DNA of 64,000 bases from Nitrosopumilus sp. (GTDB lineage Archaea; Thermoproteota; Nitrososphaeria; Nitrososphaerales; Nitrosopumilaceae). The position numbers and the translations under genes were made by a program. The stretch is taken from the NCBI GenBank assembly GCA_965207445.1, contig CBDBLX010000002.1, forward strand, positions 352,001 to 416,000. Reading direction: 5' to 3'. A model generated the notes under the pieces. The model searched no databases, was not told the DNA's origin, and saw only the letters and a list, made by a program, of their open reading frames with translations. Of the stretch, positions 53,343-63,393 are shown in pieces (position 1 is the stretch's first letter; each line of letters starts with the position of its first letter).

Positions 53343-54739
53343 GTAGCACTAGTAGTAATGAAAGTGGCGGTGGTGTACAGTACAGCAAGATCGCAGAGAT
53401 CAAAGGACCTCTTGTAATTGTAGATGATGTTAGTAATGCTGCATTTGATGAACTAGTACAAATTGAGACAAATGATGGTGAAAAACGACTTGGCAAGGTA
53501 CTCGAGGTAGGAAATGGCAAGGCTATAGTTCAGGTGTTTGAAGGTACCACGGGACTCTCAGTATCTGGTACCAACGCCAAGTTTGTAGGAAAGGTAATGG
53601 AGATGCCCGTGTCGCGAGAGGTATTGGGGCGTGTATTTGATGGACTAGGACGTCCAAAGGATGGATTACCTGACCCAATTGCAGACAAGTTTATTGACAT
53701 AAATGGTGAGCCGATGAATCCTGAACAACGCGAGTACCCAAAGGACTTTATCCAGACAGGTGTCTCTGTAATTGATGGAATGATCACACTAGTAAGAGGT
53801 CAAAAACTACCGATATTCTCTGGCTCTGGTATGTCTCATAACTTGCTTGCAGCTCAAATAGCAAGGCAAGCTGCTGTAGTTGGAACTGATGATGACTTTG
53901 CTGTGGTATTTGCAGCTATTGGTGTGCAGTATAGTGAAGCCGAGTACTTTAAGCGAAGCCTCGAAGAGTCTGGTGCACTCAAGAGAAGTGTTCTATTTTT
54001 GAATCTAGCAGACGATCCGGCAATTGAGCGTATTATCACACCCCGTGTAGCGCTTACAGTAGCAGAGTATTTGGCATTTGATCTTGGTATGCATGTACTA
54101 GTCATTTTAACTGATGTGACAAATTATGCTGAAGCCCTCAGAGAGATTAGTGCTGCTCGAGAAGAGGTGCCAGGACGCAAAGGTTATCCAGGATATCTAT
54201 ACACTGACTTGTCTACCATATATGAGCGAGCAGGTAAACTCGTAGGTAAAAAGGGCAGTGTCACACAGGTACCTATTCTCTCTATGCCTTCTGATGATAT
54301 CACTCATCCGATACCTGATCTGACTGGATATATAACAGAAGGTCAAATTGTACTTGGTCGAGACTTGTTCAGACAGGGTGTATATCCTCCCGTTAACATA
54401 TTGATGAGTCTCAGCAGACTGATGAAGGATGGGATAGGAGAAGGACACACACGTGAGGACCACGGTGAGATCTCAAACCAAAATTATGATGCATATTCAC
54501 GTGCTCAAGAGGTAAGGGCTCTTGCAGGTATTGTAGGTAAGGCAGGACTAACAGAAATTGATCTAAAGTATATGGATGTGGGGGACATGTTTGAGAAAGG
54601 GTTCTTGGCACAGTCAATTGATGAGAACCGCAACATTGAGGAGACTCTATCCATACTATGGAAAGTGGTCTCACAATTGCCAAAAAATGAGATTACAAAG
54701 GTAAAGGACAAATATATCGACCAGTATTATCAAGAGTAA
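53339..54739 (+). CDS. atpB: A/V-type ATP synthase subunit B
   Basis: [37 protein letters not shown]. Confidence 0.98.
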   Translation: MSSTSSNESGGGVQYSKIAEIKGPLVIVDDVSNAAFDELVQIETNDGEKRLGKVLEVGNGKAIVQVFEGTTGLSVSGTNAKFVGKVMEMPVSREVLGRVFDGLGRPKDGLPDPIADKFIDINGEPMNPEQREYPKDFIQTGVSVIDGMITLVRGQKLPIFSGSGMSHNLLAAQIARQAAVVGTDDDFAVVFAAIGVQYSEAEYFKRSLEESGALKRSVLFLNLADDPAIERIITPRVALTVAEYLAFDLGMHVLVILTDVTNYAEALREISAAREEVPGRKGYPGYLYTDLSTIYERAGKLVGKKGSVTQVPILSMPSDDITHPIPDLTGYITEGQIVLGRDLFRQGVYPPVNILMSLSRLMKDGIGEGHTREDHGEISNQNYDAYSRAQEVRALAGIVGKAGLTEIDLKYMDVGDMFEKGFLAQSIDENRNIEETLSILWKVVSQLPKNEITKVKDKYIDQYYQE

Positions 54740-54755
54740 TGATGGTGGATAGATA

Positions 54756-55388
54756 ATGTCATTTGGTCAGAATGTTGCAACAACAAAGATAGAGCTCTTC
54801 AAGTACAAACGCTCAAGCCAAGTTGCCACCATGGTTCAAAAGATACTTGATGACAAACGAAAGGTGCTCTTGAAGAATATTGAAGAGATGATTGATGAAG
54901 CATCAAAGGCCCGCGGTGGGATCTGGGACCCACTACAAGACATCTACACGTCAGTTAATGAAGCATATTTGGCACTTGGTACATCGACTGTCGATACTGT
55001 TGCAGAGTCTACACCACCGATCATGCAAGTGTCAGTCAAGGTACGTCGTGTTGTAGATGTCAAGATTCCAACATTGACAGTCACAGAAAAGGATACTGGT
55101 ATGCTACCATATGGTTTTACTGATACTAACTCTTCTATTGATAGGGCAGCAAAGCAGATAAAAGAACTGTTGCCGAGCATATGCAAAGCGGCCGAATATG
55201 AGAACTCTATATTCAGTTTGGCCAAAGCACTTGAAAAGACCCAGAAACTACTCAACGCACTTGAAAATGTCATTATTCCACAGTACACGCAACATATACG
55301 ATTTATTCTAGCCACACTAGAGGAGAGAGAACGAGAAGAATTCGCAAAGTTAAAAAAAGTAAAGGCTGCAATGGAGAGTAGAAAGTAA
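54756..55388 (+). CDS. atpD: A/V-type ATP synthase subunit D
   Basis: TKIEL, LDDKR, NALENVIIP, LEEREREEFAKLKK. Confidence 0.96.
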   Translation: MSFGQNVATTKIELFKYKRSSQVATMVQKILDDKRKVLLKNIEEMIDEASKARGGIWDPLQDIYTSVNEAYLALGTSTVDTVAESTPPIMQVSVKVRRVVDVKIPTLTVTEKDTGMLPYGFTDTNSSIDRAAKQIKELLPSICKAAEYENSIFSLAKALEKTQKLLNALENVIIPQYTQHIRFILATLEEREREEFAKLKKVKAAMESRK

Positions 55389-55516
55389 TGCCCAAGACAG
55401 ATATCAAAGAACTAGTAGAAGAATCAAAAAAACAGTTGGAACAGGATAGTAAAAAATTCACAGAATCTATAAAGACAGATTTAGACTCATTTAAGAAAAA
55501 AGCATTAGGTCAATAA
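55388..55516 (+). CDS. 42-aa charged helical protein coupled to atpD
   Basis: TAATG overlap; MPKTDIKELVEESKKQLEQDSKKFTESIKTDLDSFKKKALGQ. Confidence 0.7.
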   Translation: MPKTDIKELVEESKKQLEQDSKKFTESIKTDLDSFKKKALGQ

Positions 55517-55817
55517 TAATTATCATCATATATTTTTTGTAAGCACAATAATGATGTGAAATTTGTCGTGTAATTGTGTACGTTGACTAATCTTGTTGTG
55601 GTTGCAGTTGCGGTTGTTGTGGTCAGATTAGAATCTTGTCATCTATTATGACAAAAAATATACGTTTTGAGTTTTCCAAGTTTTTAAAGAATAAATTTTG
55701 AAATGCATGTAAAGATGATATCAAATTTTACTATATCTGGTAGACCCACTAAATTCTTTTGCAACGATTGGATCTTGGCATTAACACATGGCATCAAACG
55801 TCGATTAAAAGATTAAT

Positions 55818-55964
55818 GGTGTGAACCAAGATCCATGACTGATATAATCATTTAAAAGTAACTTAGTCAAATGTAGTGTATACACGATATTCAATATGCA
55901 AAAAGATGTGACCAACTGCAAATATGTGCTTTTATTATTGCATCCACAGATCTTGGCTCACACT
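55818..55964. mobile_element. ~150-bp MITE with GGTGTGAACCAAG ends
   Basis: ggtgtgaaccaagatc...gatcttggctcacact; homologous to 61550-61700. Confidence 0.75.
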
Positions 55965-56139
55965 TTCCTACTTAATTATTCAAGCTAACCAATTTGGAGT
56001 ACAAAAATGACAAAATAAAACACCATCGAAGAAAGCTAGAGATGAGAACCGTAATGCGTCCAAGAAAGATAAGAGATGGTGATTCAACGAACAGATCAAT
56101 ACTGTTACAGAAAAAACAGTAAGACAGCAAATCAACGTA

Positions 56140-56221
56140 GTAAGTTCAACTCCCGTGTTGCCTACACTAAAAGTTAGGCGATGAATCTGTGTCTAAACTT
56201 GAGAATGAGTTGAACGGTTAC
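56140..56221. mobile_element. GTAAC-type ~80-bp MITE
   Basis: ttaggcgatgaatctgtgtctaa core and gttgaacggttac end shared with 12844-12925. Confidence 0.7.
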
Positions 56222-56646
56222 TATCAACTGAGTTTACCAAAAGAACTTGGTATTGTACTGTTTTTAATCATAATAATAATAATAATGACAATGATGATAG
56301 TGAGAATTAATGTTTGTATCATATAATAACACCGATCCATAAATTGACACATGTTTGGTGTATCTATCGCATGCACAATACACACCAAATCCACATGTCC
56401 ATCCTATACTACTGATGTAATTATTCATTTATGTATCTAGATATATGTCAACTAACTGAATCTGTTCATTACAATTATAATTTATGCATGGTTTTATACC
56501 TGATATTTGTACATTTTCATATTTAGGTATATTTGAATTATCGAAACCATGACTTTGGTCGCCAAATATAAGATTATTTAAATATAAAAAATAATTAATC
56601 AAGCACCATGGTTTAAATAAGGACTTTCGAGATGCCAAATTATAAC

Positions 56647-56958
56647 ATGAAACCGATAGTTTTGGTGCTTTTCGCAATAGCAGTAATATCGATTACTGGT
56701 TCAACCGGCCTCGCATATGCCGCTGAGGGCGATGCTTCATCATCTAGCTCTGACTCTATGAAGATTCTAGGTGCAGGGTTAGCCTTTGGAATGGCAGCCT
56801 TTGGTGCAGGAATAGGTCTAGGACAGGTAGGTGTAGCAGGACTTGCAGTAATCAGTGAGAATCCTGCCCTGCAATCAAAGGTATTCATATTTGTGGGCAT
56901 GGTGGAATCGATTGCCATTTATGGTATCGTCATGATGTTCATTATATTGGGACAATAA
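56647..56958 (+). CDS. atpK: A/V-type ATP synthase proteolipid subunit K (c) with N-terminal leader
   Basis: GAGLAFGMAAFGAGIG, SENP, MVESIAIYG; ATG 56647 preferred. Confidence 0.95.
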   Translation: MKPIVLVLFAIAVISITGSTGLAYAAEGDASSSSSDSMKILGAGLAFGMAAFGAGIGLGQVGVAGLAVISENPALQSKVFIFVGMVESIAIYGIVMMFIILGQ

Positions 56959-57077
56959 ATCCCCCGTCTTTTCTTCTCTACACTTTTTAGTTATTTGATT
57001 TGTTGTTTGCTGTTGCTAATTTTGGGTATAGGTAGTTTTTGTTGTTAGTTTGTTTACTAGTTGTAGTTTGTTTGCTA

Positions 57078-57539
57078 TTAATTATATCTCAACTTGTCAA
57101 CATCAAGTGTCCTTGAGCAATATCTGCACCCGAGAACTCTGTTCTCTTTATCTATTACATCCATTACCGATTCGATCTTCTCAGTACTGTTTGTAATACA
57201 GTCTGGATTACTGCATCGAAATATGCGGTCGATCTCATTTGGAAGAGATACTCGGCGTTTCTCTACTAGTCTATAGTCTTTGATCATATTGATTGTGGCC
57301 TTTGGTGCTATAACTGCTAGTTTGTTGGTATCATCATCCTCAAGAAATCTATCCTCTACCTTTATGATATCCTTTTTTTTAAACTTACCACTAGGAACAT
57401 TTAGCGCAACTGTAATCAAACTACCATCCGTACCATCTATTTGCAATGCATTGAGAACTTTGAGTCCCATACCGCCCTCAATATGATCGATGACTGTGCC
57501 TCTCTTTATTCGGCGTACAAGTAGATCTGATTGCTCCAT
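57078..57539 (-). CDS. pyrI: aspartate carbamoyltransferase regulatory subunit
   Basis: GTVIDHI, KKDIIKVE, CSNPDCIT, CRYC. Confidence 0.96.
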   Translation of the reverse strand: MEQSDLLVRRIKRGTVIDHIEGGMGLKVLNALQIDGTDGSLITVALNVPSGKFKKKDIIKVEDRFLEDDDTNKLAVIAPKATINMIKDYRLVEKRRVSLPNEIDRIFRCSNPDCITNSTEKIESVMDVIDKENRVLGCRYCSRTLDVDKLRYN

Positions 57540-57575
57540 AAAGATTTTTTATATCACTTGTATATAATATAAAAA

Positions 57576-58523
57576 GTGAAAGACGACTTTTATCATAATA
57601 ACGTAATCTCGATTAAAGACTTTGATCGTGGCAATCTTGAGACCATATTCACTGCTACTGATCGCATGCTAGAGTTGTCACCTGATGCGCGCCGTCAACT
57701 GTGTCGTGGCTCTACACTAGGATACCTCTTTTATGAACCTAGTACTCGAACACGTCTTAGTTTTGATGCTGCAATATCGACAATTGGGGGAAACTCACTT
57801 GGGATATCAGACATCTCATCATCATCCATACACAAGGGTGAGAGTCTTGCAGATACAGTAAGAGTGATGTCAACATACTCTGATGTACTAGTACTGCGAC
57901 ATCCACTTGATGGCTCTAGTAAATTTGCATCCGAAGTGTCATCAAAGCCAGTCATTAATGCAGGAAGTGGTACAGAAGAGCATCCAACACAGGCCATGCA
58001 GGACCTATTTACAATCAGACGTGAAAAGAGAAAGATTGATGGATTGAACATTGGAATAATTGGTGACTTAAAGTATGGTCGTACTGTTTACTCACTATTA
58101 TATGGTCTTGGAAACTATGATGTCAATGTAAATCTAATATCCCCTGAATCCTTACGCATCCGTTCGAACTCTGTATATGAGATTAAGAAAAAATTAGACT
58201 TTACAGAATCTACTGACATTACAGAATACATTGAGGACATTGATGTACTGTACGTGACACGTATTCAAAAAGAGCGATTCCCAGATGTAGAAGAATATCT
58301 CAAGGTAAGGGGTAGTTATGTTGTGGGAATGGATCTATTAAAACAGATGAAAAAAGACTCTATAATACTTCATCCTCTACCACGAATCGATGAGATATCA
58401 CCTGATGTTGACAAGACACAGAATGCAAAGTACTTTGATCAGGCCAAATATGGAATGTACACCCGTGCTGCATTATTAAATTTGATACTAGTGGGGCAAA
58501 ATGCCTCAAATATGGTGGTTTGA
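57576..58523 (+). CDS. pyrB: aspartate carbamoyltransferase catalytic subunit
   Basis: FYEPSTRTRLSF, HPTQ, GDLKYGRTV, TRIQKERF, HPLPR. Confidence 0.97.
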   Translation: MKDDFYHNNVISIKDFDRGNLETIFTATDRMLELSPDARRQLCRGSTLGYLFYEPSTRTRLSFDAAISTIGGNSLGISDISSSSIHKGESLADTVRVMSTYSDVLVLRHPLDGSSKFASEVSSKPVINAGSGTEEHPTQAMQDLFTIRREKRKIDGLNIGIIGDLKYGRTVYSLLYGLGNYDVNVNLISPESLRIRSNSVYEIKKKLDFTESTDITEYIEDIDVLYVTRIQKERFPDVEEYLKVRGSYVVGMDLLKQMKKDSIILHPLPRIDEISPDVDKTQNAKYFDQAKYGMYTRAALLNLILVGQNASNMVV

Positions 58524-58550
58524 TATGTTGTGTGTTATTGAGGATGATAT

Positions 58551-59312
58551 GTGATGAGCACTATTACCATTCCGTTGTTTCCACTTGATTTAGTTTTGTT
58601 TCCAAGACAGCACCTTCAATTACATGTATTTGAGCCACGATACAAGCAGCTAGTAGATGATTGCATGTTAGATGACAAGCAGTTTGGTGTGTGTCTGATA
58701 AATGACAATGAGTCTATACTTGGGTGGAGTATGCCTTATAAAATTGGCACACTAGCTAAAATTGTAAAGTGTGATGACGTTGGTCTTGATGGTTTACAAT
58801 TAAAACTTGACGTTGTTGGACGAAATCCATTTCGCATAGTTGATATAATAAATCCATCTTTGCCACATCCGCATGAGTATGATCCGCTGTCAGTAGAAGG
58901 ACACCAACTTGTATCTGAGATGAACCAAAAATCATCAGATGGTAAAATGTACATACGGGCAAATGTAGAGATGCTTCCTGAGATTGATGGTGATGTATCG
59001 TTGTCTGCATGGGAAAATTTGGTCTTTTTGTGGAAGCAAAATGTCTTATCTCATACAAAATCTGCACATGTAACAATGCATGCACTTGATGATGTGCTAA
59101 AACAATATTATTTGTTAACTGATACTCCCACTACTGAATATGTGTATAGTTTGTGTGCACTTGCCTCATCAGAACCATTAGATCTTCAGGTGTTATTAGA
59201 GTCAACTGTCACTGATGAACTATTACAAAAGGCAATGGAGTTGATGCGCCGTGGTGGTGGTGGTAATACTAATGGTACTGACGACCGTGGTAATATTATA
59301 CCATTAAATTAA
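58551..59312 (+). CDS. LON peptidase N-terminal (substrate-binding) domain protein
   Basis: IPLFPL..VLFP...LHVFEPRYKQLV. Confidence 0.88.
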   Translation: MMSTITIPLFPLDLVLFPRQHLQLHVFEPRYKQLVDDCMLDDKQFGVCLINDNESILGWSMPYKIGTLAKIVKCDDVGLDGLQLKLDVVGRNPFRIVDIINPSLPHPHEYDPLSVEGHQLVSEMNQKSSDGKMYIRANVEMLPEIDGDVSLSAWENLVFLWKQNVLSHTKSAHVTMHALDDVLKQYYLLTDTPTTEYVYSLCALASSEPLDLQVLLESTVTDELLQKAMELMRRGGGGNTNGTDDRGNIIPLN

Positions 59313-59349
59313 ATTACTAAGTTTGTTTGTAAAATAATTTCTTATATGT

Positions 59350-60921
59350 GTGAAAACATCTAGACAGCATTTTATATATAGTGTTTCTCTTTATAGTATG
59401 GTGCAATGTCTGTCTATTCATACCATTTTTCGTACTAGTCGCGTCATGTATAATTTGCTGGTTCCATCAAGTATGTCAATTGTATTGGCTTTACTATTGT
59501 TTATAAATATGACCATTTATGATGATAAACTTGAGAATATTTTCATAGAAACCACAACATCTTCATTTTTACTACCTGCTGCTTTTGGACACGGTTTGGG
59601 TGTTGACCGCATATCCTCTGTTCATATAGGTGATCAAACGATCAATATCACAGTTGAGATGCCACAAGAGTTTACAGGTAGTGATACTGAACAAATAACA
59701 ATAACTGCTACTGACTCGATCACAGACAAAGGCATAAACGATATTACTTATTTGCTTGGCATAACTCATAACAATAAAACTATATTTCGAGATTACTTTT
59801 ATGCCAAAAATGATGTGCTATCTCTTGATATTGAAACTACAACAATGAGCAATGATCCTAAAATAATAGGTATGCAAGATGGCTCATTAAATGCATGGCA
59901 ACCACTACTACTACAACAAGAGGGCAATGCTAACTCTATTAGAATAAACGACTCTGCATTTGGTGCAAGTGGATTATACACATTTGATATTGCAGTATAT
60001 GGTTTAGGCCAGATGCCCATAACATCTGACCCTGTCACACATTATGCTGACTTGAGTGTAATCGAGTCTGCGACATCTTTTCAGACGAGTTCTGATGGTA
60101 GTATGGTTTCATTTGGCACAAAGTCATACTTTGATAATGTAGAGGATATCACATATGATGCACAAAATGGCAAAGTTGTGCTCGTAATGCCATTTGATTG
60201 GCGTGAGAGTAGAATGTCTCACATACCTGTTGTTCATGTAGAGACACATTTTCCAAAAGACTTTTTGGAGTTTAACTCACTTGGGTATGAGGGGTTTGTA
60301 AATGGTATCAAACTTTTCAAATCTTCACTAGTGATTGATGATTATACTCTTTCAGATCAAAGAACGATTCATTTTATCTTGTTGCAAGATCATATCAGAT
60401 TTCTTAAAAATGAGATGAAAAAGACCGGTGAGCCGTTTCCAGATACTATGACATTTGAAATCAAGATGGTCGACAAGGTGGATTTTCCACTTGTTGCATA
60501 TACAATAAGTGAAGATTTCCTTGTAAATCTGTCGTGGGATCCGCTTGAGATAGAACCAAATGAGGAGATTACTTTTGTTTTCACCATACGTGATGGCACC
60601 ACAGGTGAGCCTCTTAGAAATTCTGACTATACATTTGTTATAGAACAAAATGGACAAGAAATTTTTAAAAAGACAGATAGAGCGCAAATAGGGGGTCAAT
60701 TTATCAAATTCACATTTGGTGAAGATCAGACAGGGCCAACTTCAATCAAATTTGAGAATATACGAGGTACTGGCCAAGAGACCGAATTTGGGATACTTGT
60801 AGTGCCTGAATTTGGATATATTGTGATATTTGTACTTGCAGGTGCGACTGCTATGATATTGGTCTTGTCGCGTCTGTGTAATAATATGTCTACATGTTTT
60901 ATATCTCATACTAGAACGTGA
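59350..60921 (+). CDS. PEFG-CTERM exported protein (true start probably downstream)
   Basis: AFGHGLG processing-like site, C-terminal VVPEFG + TM helix. Confidence 0.85.
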   Translation: MKTSRQHFIYSVSLYSMVQCLSIHTIFRTSRVMYNLLVPSSMSIVLALLLFINMTIYDDKLENIFIETTTSSFLLPAAFGHGLGVDRISSVHIGDQTINITVEMPQEFTGSDTEQITITATDSITDKGINDITYLLGITHNNKTIFRDYFYAKNDVLSLDIETTTMSNDPKIIGMQDGSLNAWQPLLLQQEGNANSIRINDSAFGASGLYTFDIAVYGLGQMPITSDPVTHYADLSVIESATSFQTSSDGSMVSFGTKSYFDNVEDITYDAQNGKVVLVMPFDWRESRMSHIPVVHVETHFPKDFLEFNSLGYEGFVNGIKLFKSSLVIDDYTLSDQRTIHFILLQDHIRFLKNEMKKTGEPFPDTMTFEIKMVDKVDFPLVAYTISEDFLVNLSWDPLEIEPNEEITFVFTIRDGTTGEPLRNSDYTFVIEQNGQEIFKKTDRAQIGGQFIKFTFGEDQTGPTSIKFENIRGTGQETEFGILVVPEFGYIVIFVLAGATAMILVLSRLCNNMSTCFISHTRT

Positions 60922-61294
60922 CTAGTTCAACTGAGTTCATGTGCCTATTATTCTTGTATGTGTTTGTCATTTTTGTAATCTCGTTTGCATCCCCTCGTAA
61001 TACAAAGAGATCCATGCATTTGTTACCTTCAAATTTACTGTGCATCTTGGTAGTTATGACATCTTCATATTCACTTCCTAATTCTGCTGCTATATTGTCT
61101 GCTTCGTCATAATGTATTACTAGTAGTATGGCGTTTATTGTCCCCTTTAATTTTGATTTTTTCTTCTCATCTGCAACAAATGTTCTAATTCCGGCCCTGA
61201 TTATATCTGAGCGTCCAGAAAATCCTAGTGACTTTTGGTAGTTATCAAGCTCAGATAAAATTTGTTCACTAAGTGATATAGATACGATTGCCAT
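60911..61294 (-). CDS. NikR-family ribbon-helix-helix regulator
   Basis: IVSISL...GFSGRSDIIR N-domain; H..K.....C ACT-like C-domain. Confidence 0.88.
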   Translation of the reverse strand: MAIVSISLSEQILSELDNYQKSLGFSGRSDIIRAGIRTFVADEKKKSKLKGTINAILLVIHYDEADNIAAELGSEYEDVITTKMHSKFEGNKCMDLFVLRGDANEITKMTNTYKNNRHMNSVELVTF

Positions 61295-61549
61295 TTCCTC
61301 TTAATTATTAAATATGTGGTTTGTATTTATTATTTTGTTATTTATAATATGATCAATTGTTTTAATTTTTTTAGTTACGATATTTGCTATCTTGATAATT
61401 ATAATATGTATATATGAAAATTAGATACTTGATATATGATAAATGAAGATTGTTGGTAAAAATGTGTGTAATTTATCTACATTATATGTATATATTAAAT
61501 ATACGTACCAATATGATATATGCGTATGGTCTATCAAAAGAAAAAAAAT

Positions 61550-61700
61550 GGTGTGAACCAATCTCCATGATTGATATGATTATTTAAAAATAACTCCTAG
61601 CCAAATGTATCGCATGCATGGTGCTCAATATACGAGCAGGGATGTGACCAAATACAAATATATGATTTCATTATTACATCCAAAGAGCTTGGTTTACACC
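61550..61700. mobile_element. ~150-bp MITE with GGTGTGAACCAA ends
   Basis: ggtgtgaaccaa...ttggtttacacc; homologous to 55818-55964. Confidence 0.75.
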
Positions 61701-62033
61701 GACAGTCTAATACCATAAGGACAAAGGTGAAACGACTCTAAGGAGTCACTCCGTCGAGACTCTAAGGAATCTCTCCTTTATCTGACAGATAATACACCTC
61801 ATTCATATTTTAATGCTCGGTTACCGGGAGATTGGTGCGTAGTAAGCGTTCAGGTCTAATTATTGATGATCATAAGCAGGCACGCCAGCACGGGTCAATT
61901 AATGATATTGCAGAGGATAATCCAGAATTGATTATATCTAGATGTAAGGTGATGGGTATGATAGTCCGAATTGTGAGTTATGTAAATTTTAGCAGTTGAT
62001 ATGATGTAAAATTTTAGGTGTTGTGACTAGATG

Positions 62034-62413
62034 GAGGTTGGTGCGTAATTGACATTAGGCCTGCCTGTGACCCTTCTGTGAGCTTGGTTTATTGTACATT
62101 CAATCTACAAAAGACTGAAATCTATCTATAGTGCGTTTTGTTTTTGAATATACATGTGTGTTTTAGCAGACAGATTATAGAACATGAAACATGCAAGTGT
62201 GATAGCAGTCACTATCATTCGTATGATGGAATTTTTTGCCCTTTTTCATGAGCGCAGATAAATCTGTTCAGGACGTTGATATTCCATGCAATCGATAATA
62301 TTTTACCAAACCGCTTTCTGTTTTCGGCCAGACGCATACGACAGTGTAGCCTGTGATTCTTTGTTTCTTCTGCTCCAAATATTGCCTCGATAAGTGCGCG
62401 TTGTTTGTATGCA
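62034..62413 (-). pseudogene. truncated copy of the IS5-like element 3' end
   Basis: Aligns by eye to 25491-25874. Confidence 0.88.
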
Positions 62414-62415
62414 TA

Positions 62416-62521
62416 CTGATATGATTAAAGATCCGATATTTTGATTGGTATTCATCTCGAAGTTGAGCATGTATTATGAATACAAAATATTAGAAAACCA
62501 TCGGATCTTTAATGAAACTAT
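62416..62521 (-). mobile_element. 106-bp MITE (IS630-related), copy 5
   Basis: Reverse complement of 48436-48541; TA both sides. Confidence 0.9.
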
Positions 62522-62988
62522 TAGGCATTACGCTTGCACCTCCCATCTGATCGCATGTATCATGGTTAAATTCCCATTGTACAATATTGTATTGTTGATG
62601 TTTCTATTTGTCATTTTTGTCGGATAATGACAAATAGCGATATCTCCTTATAACCATGTTGTCTGTATATTTAATATCGTGCTCGAGGGTTGAAACAAAC
62701 GTGCCTATTTATGATCATCAATAATTAGACCTGAACGTTTACCTATGCAACAAACTATATTTTTTAAAGAGTTATGTGATAGAAATTTTAATTACTTTTA
62801 TGGCAAATTGCACACCAATACCCAATGCAGATATGGACGCTGCAACTGATTGTTCTAGTACAAGTCACGTATTACAAAATATTGAACTTACACTTAGATA
62901 TTGCAATGAAGCAAATGTTAAAACAGAGTTAGAATCACAACGGGGGGTTCTTTTTCAACGCCAAATTGATCTTGGGTGTTAAAATACA

Positions 62989-63393
62989 ATGAATACACAA
63001 GCCCTCATTTCTTTGCATAATATAAGAAAAAACATTCTTGCTAAATCTCCTTCAAATCTTTTATTTTTTGCCTTGTTCGGCTCGCAAGTCAGAGGTACAG
63101 AACGCCCAGACAGTGATTTGGATTTTCTTTATGTAGTGAAAGATTTTGAAAAAGAGGATGAAATTACACAAAGTAAAGTAAGTGAGATTGTGCGAGCTAA
63201 TGGAGGCCTGCAAACTTTAACGCGTCTTCGGTCTGATAAAAAAGGCATCTATAATGAAATGAATATTTATGGCACTGTAAATTATAGAGTTATGCGGGGT
63301 GAAGATACCATGATATTATACAAACAGTTTGATTTTAAAATAGAAAAAAAGTGCCGAGTTTTATTTTCACTCTGCACTTGCTTTTCAAAGTGA
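62989..63393 (+). CDS. minimal nucleotidyltransferase (MNT) domain
   Basis: LFGSQVRGTERPDSDLDFLYV. Confidence 0.88.
   Translation: MNTQALISLHNIRKNILAKSPSNLLFFALFGSQVRGTERPDSDLDFLYVVKDFEKEDEITQSKVSEIVRANGGLQTLTRLRSDKKGIYNEMNIYGTVNYRVMRGEDTMILYKQFDFKIEKKCRVLFSLCTCFSK

Larger units (their letters stand above)
61842..62742. mobile_element. nested remnant bounded by 43-bp IS66-like inverted repeats
   Basis: gtaagcgttcaggtctaattattgatgatcataa at 61842 and its reverse complement ending 62742; no TSD seen. Confidence 0.65.

Noticed and set aside
57078..58523. Divergent pyrI/pyrB with a 36-nt gap as a novelty
   Set aside because: Ordinary compact arrangement of core genes; no evidence it is unusual for this lineage
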